A DNA stretch of 58,092 bases from an uncultured Candidatus Actinomarina sp. GTDB taxonomy: Bacteria; Actinomycetota; Acidimicrobiia; Actinomarinales; Actinomarinaceae. The notes under the pieces are model-generated. The model made no database searches. It was not told the DNA's origin and saw only the letters and a list, made by a program, of their open reading frames with translations. Below, piece by piece: positions 1-8,695 of this stretch. A program made the translations under genes and the position numbers. Location: contig CABXDL010000005.1 in NCBI GenBank assembly GCA_902510995.1, positions 1 to 58,092 of the forward strand. The letters run 5' to 3'. The stretch's first letter is position 1. Each line of letters begins with the position of its first letter.

Positions 1-1
1 T

Positions 2-679
2 GACTTACTTCGTGTGCCTGAAAATGCAATAGAGATAGAAGTTATAGGACAACAATGGTGGTTCGATTTTTATTACGAAAATGAAAACTTTCACTCTCCA
101 AACATACTGGTAATACCGGTAGACAAGCCCGTCATATTAAAAATGAGATCAAAAGATGTTATACATAGTTTTTGGGTACCAAAATTAAATGGAAAAAGAT
201 ATATTGTTCCAGGTGTAATCACAAATTTAAATATTAGATCAGACGAAGTAGGAATATTTTGGTCTCAATGTGGTGAGTTTTGTGGATTAAGCCATGCAAA
301 AATGCGAGCAAGGGTTGTTGTTGTCACTGAAAGTGAATATGGGAAATGGCTTGAAAGTCAAAAGGAAGATGCTGTAGTCTTTATGAACAATTCAACAAAA
401 GAATATATAGGAAAAGATATATTCTTAAATGCTGGTTGTGCTCAATGTCATGTTATTAATGGATTGGTAGAATCCGATGTGGATCTAATTGGACCAGATT
501 TAACTCATTTTTCATCTCGATTTATGTTTGCTGGATCAAGTATGGCAACTCAAGAAGATAACTTAAAAAAATGGTTATCAAACCCGCCAAAAGTAAAACC
601 TGGATCTTATATGCCGAATCTTGATTTAACAGAAAAAGATATTGAATACTTAATAGCATTTCTAATGGGGCTTAGCTAA
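2..679 (+). CDS. ctaC: cytochrome c oxidase subunit II with fused C-terminal cytochrome c domain (caa3-type); the 5' end lies outside the window
   Basis: The frame is open from base 2, with no stop upstream of the listed GTG at 14, so the N-terminal TM region is missing. CuA ligand motifs are DVIHSFWVPKL and CGEFCGLSHAKM. The C-terminal part has a CAQCH heme-c motif and a later Met (GSYMPNL). Confidence 0.9.
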   Translation, partial: DLLRVPENAIEIEVIGQQWWFDFYYENENFHSPNILVIPVDKPVILKMRSKDVIHSFWVPKLNGKRYIVPGVITNLNIRSDEVGIFWSQCGEFCGLSHAKMRARVVVVTESEYGKWLESQKEDAVVFMNNSTKEYIGKDIFLNAGCAQCHVINGLVESDVDLIGPDLTHFSSRFMFAGSSMATQEDNLKKWLSNPPKVKPGSYMPNLDLTEKDIEYLIAFLMGLS

Positions 680-681
680 TC

Positions 682-2622
682 ATGAAAAATCAAAATACAA
701 ATATCTATAAAAGACCAAAAAATGTTTCAGGGATTCTCGACTTAATTACAACTGTTGACCATAAAAAAATTGGTGTTATGTATTTATATACAGGTTTTAC
801 ATTTTTCTTAGTTGGTGGGCTTGAGGCGTTATTAATTCGAATTCATCTGATGCAAGCAGAAAGTACTTTTCTAAGCGCTGCAGAATATAATTCACTTTTT
901 ACCGTTCATGGGTTTACTATGGTTTTCTTATTTTTTATGGCAGTAAACTCTGGTTTTGGAAACTATATTATACCCCTAATGATTGGAGCAAGAGACGTAG
1001 CATTTCCGAGAATGAATGCTCTTGGTTATTGGATATATTTCTTTGGTGCAATTTTTATACACTCAACACTATTTGTAGGCACTACGGCACCTCCAATTGG
1101 TGGCCATAGTAGTCAGGGGTCATCACTATTCTCAATCTTTTCTAATGCTTTAGCTGGAGGTTGGTTTTTATACCAACCAAATGCTGGAACTCAATTTTCC
1201 CCCGGGACTGCAACAGACATTGGTGTATTAGGTGTTATTTTTCTAGGCGTTGCCTCTTTAATTTCAGCAATTAATTTAACTGTTACAACATTAAATCTAA
1301 GAACTAAGGGACTCAAGTTAATGAAACTTCCTGTTTATGTTTGGATGACCCAAGTAACATCTTTTCTATTGATATTTTCATTGCCATTTATAACTATTGC
1401 TTTGTTTACAGTACTTTTTGATCGTCAGCTTGGTGGAAATTTTTATATCGCATCTATGGGTGGAGATCCAATTTTATGGCAACATCTGTTCTGGCTTTTT
1501 GGCCATCCAGAAGTTTATATTTTAATACTCCCTGTTTTTGGAATAATGTCAGAAATAATTCCAGTATTTAGCAGGAAACCTGTTTTTGGATATGCAACTC
1601 TTGTTTTTGCTGGATTTGCAATAGGGTTTATAGGTTTTGGTGTTTGGGCACATCATATGTTTTCTTCTTCTATACCTCCTCTAGCTCAAGCAGGGTTTGG
1701 AGCTGCAACGATGATTATAGCTATTCCAACAGGTATAAAGATTTTTAACTGGATAGCAACAATGTGGTTCGGTAAACGTAATTTAAATGTTTCAATGCTT
1801 TTTTCAATTTCATTTATTATTAATTTTGTTATTGGAGGTGTCTCTGGAGTAACACATGCTGTTGTCCCGTCTGTTTGGCAACAAACAGACACTTACTACA
1901 TAATTGGTCACTTTCATTACATCTTGGTTGGTGGTGGTGTATTCGCAATTTTTGCTGGTATTTACTATTGGTTTCCACTTGTTTTTGGAAAATTTCTTAA
2001 TGAAAAAATAGGGAAAATACATTTCTGGCTAATATTTTTAGGAGTCCATGTGACTTTTTTACCTCAACATTGGCTTGGTTTACAAGGAATGGTTAGAAGA
2101 ACTTGGTGGTACGACAAAGGTATGAATATTGAATATTGGAATTTTGTATCCAGTATTGGAGCAATAATTATTTTGCTTAGTCTGATTGTTTTCATTTTTA
2201 ATTGGATCTTCTCTGTAAGGAAAGGGGAAGAAGTTATTTTTGACCCCTGGGACGGAAGAACTCTTGAGTGGTCTGTTCCTCTTCCTCCTCCCGAATATAA
2301 TTTCTACAACCTACCAAAAGTTAGCCAAAGAGATGATTTTTGGTATAAAAAATATAAAATTGATGAAAATAATAGATCAGTTCCTAGAACAAATATTAAA
2401 GAAATAAAAAATAAATATATGAATTCAGCAAGTCTTGATGAAAGCCATATTGTCCTTCCTTCAAGGTCTTATTATCCTTTTACTGTTGGTCTATCTCTAC
2501 CTTTTCTTGGTTGGGCATTTATTTTTAGAGGAGGTTTCTCAAGCATGATTTTGTTGTTAACAGGTGTATTAATACTTATTTCCTCAATAGTTGGATGGAG
2601 TTTGGAGCCAGAATATGAATAG
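682..2622 (+). CDS. ctaD: cytochrome c oxidase subunit I with a C-terminal extension of about 100 aa containing two TM helices
   Basis: Motifs: WLFGHPEVYILILP (CuB His and cross-linked Tyr), WAHHMF, GHFHY. At 646 aa it is longer than a typical subunit I (roughly 540 aa). The extra tail is HIVLPSRSYYPF...GWSLEPEYE. There is also a loop insertion of about 20 aa (APPIGGHSSQGSSLFSIFSNAL). Confidence 0.93.
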   Translation: MKNQNTNIYKRPKNVSGILDLITTVDHKKIGVMYLYTGFTFFLVGGLEALLIRIHLMQAESTFLSAAEYNSLFTVHGFTMVFLFFMAVNSGFGNYIIPLMIGARDVAFPRMNALGYWIYFFGAIFIHSTLFVGTTAPPIGGHSSQGSSLFSIFSNALAGGWFLYQPNAGTQFSPGTATDIGVLGVIFLGVASLISAINLTVTTLNLRTKGLKLMKLPVYVWMTQVTSFLLIFSLPFITIALFTVLFDRQLGGNFYIASMGGDPILWQHLFWLFGHPEVYILILPVFGIMSEIIPVFSRKPVFGYATLVFAGFAIGFIGFGVWAHHMFSSSIPPLAQAGFGAATMIIAIPTGIKIFNWIATMWFGKRNLNVSMLFSISFIINFVIGGVSGVTHAVVPSVWQQTDTYYIIGHFHYILVGGGVFAIFAGIYYWFPLVFGKFLNEKIGKIHFWLIFLGVHVTFLPQHWLGLQGMVRRTWWYDKGMNIEYWNFVSSIGAIIILLSLIVFIFNWIFSVRKGEEVIFDPWDGRTLEWSVPLPPPEYNFYNLPKVSQRDDFWYKKYKIDENNRSVPRTNIKEIKNKYMNSASLDESHIVLPSRSYYPFTVGLSLPFLGWAFIFRGGFSSMILLLTGVLILISSIVGWSLEPEYE

Positions 2623-3205
2623 TTTAACTCATGTCCATAATGGTGAAGATGTAGGGGTTCCTAATCAAAAACTAGCAATGTGGTTATTCCTTTCATCTGA
2701 AGTTGTTTTTTTTGCAGTTCTTATTTCAATTTATTTGTTTTATAAATCAGCTTTTCACTCATTGCAAATAACACCTAGTGATATATTTGATATACCCTTT
2801 ACCTCTGTAAGCTCTTTTATATTATTGATGAGCTCTCTAACGATGGTATTGTCACAAAACCACTATGAGAGGGAAGACATTTCAAAAACTAGAATCTGGA
2901 TTTATACAACTGGATTTCTAGGGTTGCTTTTTATAAGTGGACAAATATATGAGTACACCATATTTATCAATGAAGGTTTAACTATTAGCTCTAGTATTTT
3001 TGGTACGGCATTTTATTTTGTAACTGGATTTCATGGATTGCATGTATTTATTGGGATTATGTTGCTTTTTGTTACAGGAATGCAGATTCATATAGAAGAT
3101 ACCAATTCTAAATTTGGTCTTAGTCTTGATTCTTTAGCACTTTACTGGCATTGTGTTGATATTGTATGGATAGTGATTTTTACAATCATTTATTTAATAC
3201 CATGA
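2615..3205 (+). CDS. ctaE: cytochrome c oxidase subunit III
   Basis: Multi-TM protein with a subunit III-like C-terminus (FGTAFYFVTGFHGLHVFIG ... LYWHCVDIVWI). I prefer the ATG at 2615, which overlaps the ctaD stop by 8 nt, over the TTG at 2591 in the ORF track. Confidence 0.85.
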   Translation: MNSLTHVHNGEDVGVPNQKLAMWLFLSSEVVFFAVLISIYLFYKSAFHSLQITPSDIFDIPFTSVSSFILLMSSLTMVLSQNHYEREDISKTRIWIYTTGFLGLLFISGQIYEYTIFINEGLTISSSIFGTAFYFVTGFHGLHVFIGIMLLFVTGMQIHIEDTNSKFGLSLDSLALYWHCVDIVWIVIFTIIYLIP

Positions 3206-3489
3206 AAGAAATTATTCACCCAATTCCAAAAGATCAAACTAAGTATTATGTAAATATTGCAATCTTATTAGCAGGTATTACTTTTTTTGAAGTATACCTC
3301 TACTACACTCCGAAATGGAACATCCCTATTTTATTAATCTTTCTTAGCTTAATTAAATTTAGTATCGTTGTTGGTTACTTTATGCATCTCAAATATGAGA
3401 ATAAATTAATTAAACTTTTTTACTTCATAGGTTTCCTGCTCTCAATACCTTGGCTTATAATACTTTTTTTTGAAAGAGGCCTTCTTTAA
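3202..3489 (+). CDS. ctaF: cytochrome c oxidase subunit IV, Bacillus/caa3-type small subunit (COX4_pro-like)
   Basis: About 95 aa with 3 TM segments and a YFMHLK motif. An ATGA start/stop overlap with ctaE (ATG 3202-3204, TGA 3203-3205) suggests translational coupling. The ORF-track start at 3166 would overlap ctaE by 40 nt. Confidence 0.7.
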   Translation: MKEIIHPIPKDQTKYYVNIAILLAGITFFEVYLYYTPKWNIPILLIFLSLIKFSIVVGYFMHLKYENKLIKLFYFIGFLLSIPWLIILFFERGLL

Positions 3490-3556
3490 CATTATATAAA
3501 TAAGATTAAGTATTTATTAAATCTCTTAACAGCTTAAGAAAAGTTTTTAATTTTCT

Positions 3557-3988
3557 TTATAGTGGCTTAAGAACTTCTTCAAGGTTTTTTATATTTGTAT
3601 CCATTAATTTTTTAAACATAGGGCCAAAAAATAAACCTACAAGAATAAAAATCCCCTTATATTTAATATCGATAGAATATGTTAATTCAGTCCCCTTAGC
3701 GTTAGCTGATAAAAATATTGTATCTACAATTTCAAAATTATTAGTTTCTGTTTTCAATGATGCCCTTAAGGGTGCTCCCCACTCAATTATTTCATAATCT
3801 AAAACCATTTCTCGACTGTTAAAGTGTGTTTTTACTTTGAATACTGAACCTTCTCTTAAAGGTTCTTTTGTAATAAGTTCTGCATCATCCCCTTCATTCC
3901 ATTTATCTAAATTTCTGAAGTCGGCAGTAAAATTAAAAGCAGATTCAATGTCTGTATTTACAGTTATGGTTCTTGAATAAACTGGCAT
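3557..3988 (-). CDS. SRPBCC (START/Bet v1-like, polyketide-cyclase/dehydrase-type) ligand-binding protein
   Basis: 143 aa. The N-terminus (TITVNTDIESAFNFTADFRNLDKWNEG) and overall size are typical of SRPBCC proteins. No TM segments at the N-terminus. Confidence 0.6.
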   Translation of the reverse strand: MPVYSRTITVNTDIESAFNFTADFRNLDKWNEGDDAELITKEPLREGSVFKVKTHFNSREMVLDYEIIEWGAPLRASLKTETNNFEIVDTIFLSANAKGTELTYSIDIKYKGIFILVGLFFGPMFKKLMDTNIKNLEEVLKPL

Positions 3989-4027
3989 ATTACAATTTTA
4001 AGCGAAAAATCGTTGTATGAAAAAAAT

Positions 4028-4852
4028 TTATCTTAGATTTAAAGATCTATTTCTAAATCCAACAAAACCAATAATTAAAAAGATAGCAATTTTTGCTAAT
4101 ACAAGACCTATATCTCCACCAATTAATCCATCTTGATAGGGAGCCCCATAAGCTCCAAAGGATGAAATATTGTCATCAATCCATTTAAATAAATCATTAG
4201 TTCCACTTAAGGAATTTGCTATCCATTCAAGGGCCATAAGTCCAGCACCAAAAGCCCATGCAGAAGATGATTTTCCAGTATAAGCACCTAAAGCAAAACC
4301 TAATACACCATAACTAACTCCTGCTAGACCTGCCATTAATGTTGCTTTCATTAGCGGTGCGTAATCTAATGTTTGGCTTAACTCCATTGTTGCCACTGGT
4401 ATATACATAATATTTGTCCATGTAAAAGTAATAACCAACCCGAATAAAACAGCTACAACTGATTGTGTTAAGTAAATAGTTGATCTTGTCATTGGAAGAG
4501 AGGCTACGAATTCAAATGTACCATCTTCTTCAGCTTTTGAACCCATCTTATTTAATAAAACAATAGTGGCTACGGCAACCAAGATAATCCCAAAAAGACT
4601 TAAAAAGTAAGTTGAAACCATGCCCTCAAGCGTAAAAACATTGTCCCAATCTGATATTCCCAATAAATTCATCATGGTCTCATTTTCAGACATACCCCTA
4701 AATGCTTCCTTCTGGGTATCAATCACTAAATTCTCAACACTTTCATTTGCAAAAGCTAAAGGTAGTATAAGAAAATATAGGGCTGGAGCAATAGTCCATG
4801 TCATTATAAATTTTTTCGGAACACTCAACATATATTTTAAATAATTAAACAT
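4028..4852 (-). CDS. ABC-2 type transporter permease
   Basis: 274 aa with about 6 TM segments. Its start overlaps by 1 nt the stop of the upstream ABC ATPase gene (both touch 4852). Confidence 0.7.
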   Translation of the reverse strand: MFNYLKYMLSVPKKFIMTWTIAPALYFLILPLAFANESVENLVIDTQKEAFRGMSENETMMNLLGISDWDNVFTLEGMVSTYFLSLFGIILVAVATIVLLNKMGSKAEEDGTFEFVASLPMTRSTIYLTQSVVAVLFGLVITFTWTNIMYIPVATMELSQTLDYAPLMKATLMAGLAGVSYGVLGFALGAYTGKSSSAWAFGAGLMALEWIANSLSGTNDLFKWIDDNISSFGAYGAPYQDGLIGGDIGLVLAKIAIFLIIGFVGFRNRSLNLR

Positions 4853-5565
4853 TACGCCTTCTCTCTATCGTAAAATTCAAAAAAGGCATCTTCTAATTCC
4901 TTACCTTCATCTTTTGCTTTCTTTTCGAATGTCTTATATGATTCGTCATAAATTTTTGAACCTACTTTAAGAACAGCCATTGAATCCGCTATTTTCTCTA
5001 CCTCAGAAATTATATGTGAAGATAATAAAATAGATGCTCCGTTATTAGAAAATTCTTCAATGGTCTCAAAAAATGTTCTCTGATGAAAAGGATCTAATCC
5101 TGAAGTTGGTTCGTCAAGAACTAGTGCTTTTGGTTTATGTAACAATGCTAAAATAACAGCAGTTTTTTGTCTGTTTCCTTTTGAAAGTTCTTTAACTATT
5201 TGTTTCACATCCAACTCAAACTTTTCTGCTAACTCCATTGCGTAATCTATGGACTGACCTCTCATATCTGCACCAAGTTTAAATAATGACTTAGAGTTTA
5301 AATTTTGTGGAAGTTGTGGATCCCCTGGGAGATATCCGATTATTTCTTTAGCTTCAACAGGGTTAGCTATAGTATCTATTCCGCTTACCTTAAGAGAACC
5401 CTCGGATGAATTCAAAAAACCCATAAGACTTCTCATTGTTGTTGATTTACCTGAACCATTTGGTCCTAGTAACGCTTTAACCTCACCATCATCAACAGAT
5501 ATATTGATATCATCTACACCTTTACCATTTTTGTATTTCATGGTTAGATTTTTAATTTCAATCAT
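4852..5565 (-). CDS. ABC transporter ATP-binding protein
   Basis: Walker A GPNGSGKST, signature LSKGNRQK, Walker B LVLDEPTSGLD, H-loop SSHI. Confidence 0.9.
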   Translation of the reverse strand: MIEIKNLTMKYKNGKGVDDINISVDDGEVKALLGPNGSGKSTTMRSLMGFLNSSEGSLKVSGIDTIANPVEAKEIIGYLPGDPQLPQNLNSKSLFKLGADMRGQSIDYAMELAEKFELDVKQIVKELSKGNRQKTAVILALLHKPKALVLDEPTSGLDPFHQRTFFETIEEFSNNGASILLSSHIISEVEKIADSMAVLKVGSKIYDESYKTFEKKAKDEGKELEDAFFEFYDREKA

Positions 5566-5601
5566 AAGATAATTATATAGACTTTATTTTAATCTCTAAA
5601 A

Positions 5602-5736
5602 TTAATCGTCCTTATTTTCCTGACTCTGCTTGTTTCTTAACCAGGTTAAAAGTAACGCTGGCACAAGAAACCAGAGGATCTCATCCCAACCACCTTGGTG
5701 TAGCAAAACAGGAGGAGGAATTATTTTTGAAAGCAT
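5602..5736 (-). CDS. candidate 44-aa single-TM small protein translationally coupled to nuoN (absent from the ORF track)
   Basis: My manual reverse-complement gives MLSKIIPPPVLLHQGGWDEILWFLVPALLLTWLRNKQSQENKDD*. Its ATG shares one base with the nuoN TAA (TAATG). It has a hydrophobic core and a charged tail. This stretch looks more GC-rich than other intergenic DNA in the window. Confidence 0.45.
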   Translation of the reverse strand: MLSKIIPPPVLLHQGGWDEILWFLVPALLLTWLRNKQSQENKDD

Positions 5737-7208
5737 TATAGATAGTTCTGTATCACCCAACGTGATAGGTTAATTAGGGAATCTGGAAGCAAACCAAAGA
5801 AAATTGTTGCAAAAGCAAGAACACCTAATGATAGAACTTCTGATCTCTTTAAAGTAATCTGTTCAACAGGTGTCTCCGGCTTATCAATCGCTGCAACCCA
5901 TATAGGTCGTAAATAAAAATAAAACCCTGCAACAGTTGATAACATCAATATAAATACAAGGACATAGCTTTCATAAGACCAGAGATTAGTTATTAAAATA
6001 AATTTTGAAATAAAACCACTCGTTAAAGGTATTCCAGCTAATCCAAGCATGAAAATACTAAAACAAATTGTTAAAAATTTATTCTCAACAAAAAGTCCTG
6101 ACAGATTTTCAATTGAAAAATCTGAAGAAAGTTTTCCACTGATAATTGTAAATATCGTAAATATTCCAATTAATTGAATTGTATATGCAGTGAGATAAAA
6201 TAGTGAAGCACTGGTCCCATTGACACCAGAAACAATTCCAGACAATATAAAGCCTGACTGAATAACACCGCTATAAGCAATCAACCTCTTCATGTCAGTC
6301 TGAACGGTTGCAAAAAATGAACCAACAAAAATTGAAATAACTACTACTGCTAAGAAGAAGAGTTGAAAGTTGTCCATAACATAGCGCAGAGAAACCATAC
6401 ATAGCCTTCCTATTACAAGAAAAGATGCAACCTTTGCAACTGATGCCATATATCCAACATAACCAGTTGGGGACCCATGATAAACATCTGGAGCCCATGA
6501 CTGAAATGGAGCAGCAGCAACTTTAAATAAAAGACCTACTAACACAAAAAGAAAGCCAATGAATGTTGTGAGTGGTACGTTTTCAGAACCAATATATGGA
6601 ATAGCAATTGCTGAGTCATAAAAACCTGAGATGGAAAGTGATATATAAATTAGTGCAACTCCATATACAAGAACACAGGATGCAAGAGATCCAAGTAAAA
6701 AATACTTTAAAGCTGCTTCATTACTTAGAAGATCTCCTCTATTAATACCTGCTAATGCATAAAGACTAATAGAGCCAATTTCTAAACCAATAAATAGCAT
6801 CATAAAGCTCTCAGAATCTACCATTAGCATGAATCCAGATGCACTCATAAGCGTTAAAATAATGGCCTCTGTTCTTTTATCTTTTAATTCAGTAGATGTA
6901 TTCCAAATTGAAGAAAAGTTAAATAAAAGTATTAATGAAATAAGTACATTCCCAAAAAGAGAAAATTCATCAAGTAATATTTTCTCTGTGAAGTAAGAAG
7001 AAACTCCGTTAGTGGCAAATAAACCAAATTTTAAAAATACTGAAAATATTGTTAATAATATACCCACAAAGGTTATGCTTTTTTTCACAAAATCAGATGT
7101 CTCAATTGTTATTGTGCAAAATAAAAGAATCAAAGCAGTTGCTACAAGTACAAGAGTTGGACCAATAACAATAAGATTGAAACCTATTGCTTCACTAATT
7201 GTATTCAA
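5736..7208 (-). CDS. nuoN: NADH-quinone oxidoreductase subunit N
   Basis: 490-aa polytopic antiporter-like protein, last gene of the nuo array. Overlaps nuoM by 4 nt. Confidence 0.9.
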   Translation of the reverse strand: MNTISEAIGFNLIVIGPTLVLVATALILLFCTITIETSDFVKKSITFVGILLTIFSVFLKFGLFATNGVSSYFTEKILLDEFSLFGNVLISLILLFNFSSIWNTSTELKDKRTEAIILTLMSASGFMLMVDSESFMMLFIGLEIGSISLYALAGINRGDLLSNEAALKYFLLGSLASCVLVYGVALIYISLSISGFYDSAIAIPYIGSENVPLTTFIGFLFVLVGLLFKVAAAPFQSWAPDVYHGSPTGYVGYMASVAKVASFLVIGRLCMVSLRYVMDNFQLFFLAVVVISIFVGSFFATVQTDMKRLIAYSGVIQSGFILSGIVSGVNGTSASLFYLTAYTIQLIGIFTIFTIISGKLSSDFSIENLSGLFVENKFLTICFSIFMLGLAGIPLTSGFISKFILITNLWSYESYVLVFILMLSTVAGFYFYLRPIWVAAIDKPETPVEQITLKRSEVLSLGVLAFATIFFGLLPDSLINLSRWVIQNYL

Positions 7209-8695
7209 TTCAACCTCCCACTGAAGATATCTATTATTTCAGATATAAATAATGCATCTTGAGTTACATAACCCTCTATAAAGCTTGGGTAAATTCCAAT
7301 AAATAACATTAAAACTAATAGTGGTATTACAGAAATCATTTCCTTTGTATCTAAATCAACAAGCTCTTCATTCTCTTTTATAGAGATCTCTCCAGTAAAC
7401 ATTCTCTGATAAGCCCAGAGCATATATATTGCTGCCAACACAACACCAAACGCACCGATTCCTGACAATACTTTATATGTTGGAAAACTACCCATAAGTA
7501 TCATGAACTCTCCTACAAAACCATTTAATCCTGGAAGACCAATTGATGCAAAAGAGCAAAATAAGAATATTGCTGCATATTTTGGCATTGTTGCTTTTAT
7601 TCCTCCAAAGTCTGAGATTCTTCTTGTGTGACGCCTCTCATAAAGAAACCCAACAAGCATAAATAAGGCACCTGTTGTAAGTCCGTGGTTTACCATCTGA
7701 ATAATCGCTCCTTCTAGACTTAAATAATTACCAGCTGATATACCAAGCATTACAAATCCCATGTGGCTTACTGATGAATATGCAATTAGTCTTTTAATAT
7801 CTATCTGAGCAATAGCTACAATCGCTCCATAAATAATTCCAATCACTGATAAAACAGCAATTATGAATTTATATTCTAAAAACCCCTCTGTAAAAAATGG
7901 GATTGAAACTCTTAATACTCCATAAGCTCCAACTTTTAATAAAACTCCAGCTAACAAAATACTCCCAGCAGTAGGTGCTTCAACGTGAGCGTCTGGTAAC
8001 CAAGTATGTAGAGGAAATATTGGCACCTTAATTAAGAAACCAAAAGTAAACATCAGAAATAATACTCTTGATTGTTCTGCAGTAAATGAAAGCGAGGACA
8101 AAGTCATAAAATCAAGCGCTAAACGTCCCGTTGATCCATAACTAATTACACCTGCGTATACAGTGCCAATAAATATAAATACTGATCCAAATACTGTATA
8201 AATAATAAATTTAATTGTTGCATACCTTCTATTTTCTCCACCCCAAATTCCCATTAAGAAATACATTGGGATAAGTAAAGCTTCAAAAAATATGAATAAT
8301 GAAAGAAGGTCTCCGCTTAAAAAGACACCATTAACAGCAAAATGTAAAACAAGTATCGAACCAATAAAACCTTTGCTTTGAGAATACTTTTCACTAACTG
8401 ATAAAAATGAAAGCAACATTAATATCGCTGTTAAAAATAGGAGCAACAGAGACATGCCAGAGATACCAAAAGTTAGGCTTATCCCATATGATTTAATCCA
8501 ATCAATAGTATGGATATCTACAAATGACCCTTTTGATTTAGAATTTGAAAAAAGATAGAGACATAAACCAAATGGGATGATACTTAAAAATATTGCAATA
8601 GGCCTGAAAAGCTCTGACCTGCTTTTTGGCATCATAAAGATAACTAAAGATCCAACTAGTGGGAATAGCATTAGGGAGTAAATCAAAATACTCAT
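7205..8695 (-). CDS. nuoM: NADH-quinone oxidoreductase subunit M
   Basis: 496-aa antiporter-like subunit (WLPDAHVEAPTAGS motif) in the expected position in the nuo array. Confidence 0.92.
   Translation of the reverse strand: MSILIYSLMLFPLVGSLVIFMMPKSRSELFRPIAIFLSIIPFGLCLYLFSNSKSKGSFVDIHTIDWIKSYGISLTFGISGMSLLLLFLTAILMLLSFLSVSEKYSQSKGFIGSILVLHFAVNGVFLSGDLLSLFIFFEALLIPMYFLMGIWGGENRRYATIKFIIYTVFGSVFIFIGTVYAGVISYGSTGRLALDFMTLSSLSFTAEQSRVLFLMFTFGFLIKVPIFPLHTWLPDAHVEAPTAGSILLAGVLLKVGAYGVLRVSIPFFTEGFLEYKFIIAVLSVIGIIYGAIVAIAQIDIKRLIAYSSVSHMGFVMLGISAGNYLSLEGAIIQMVNHGLTTGALFMLVGFLYERRHTRRISDFGGIKATMPKYAAIFLFCSFASIGLPGLNGFVGEFMILMGSFPTYKVLSGIGAFGVVLAAIYMLWAYQRMFTGEISIKENEELVDLDTKEMISVIPLLVLMLFIGIYPSFIEGYVTQDALFISEIIDIFSGRLN

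Noticed and set aside
3524-3539. TCTTAA-CAGC-TTAAGA hairpin between the convergent ctaF and SRPBCC genes, considered as a terminator.
   Set aside because: The stem is 6 bp with only one G:C pair, and the flanking runs are mixed A/T. Such palindromes are expected by chance in AT-rich spacers.
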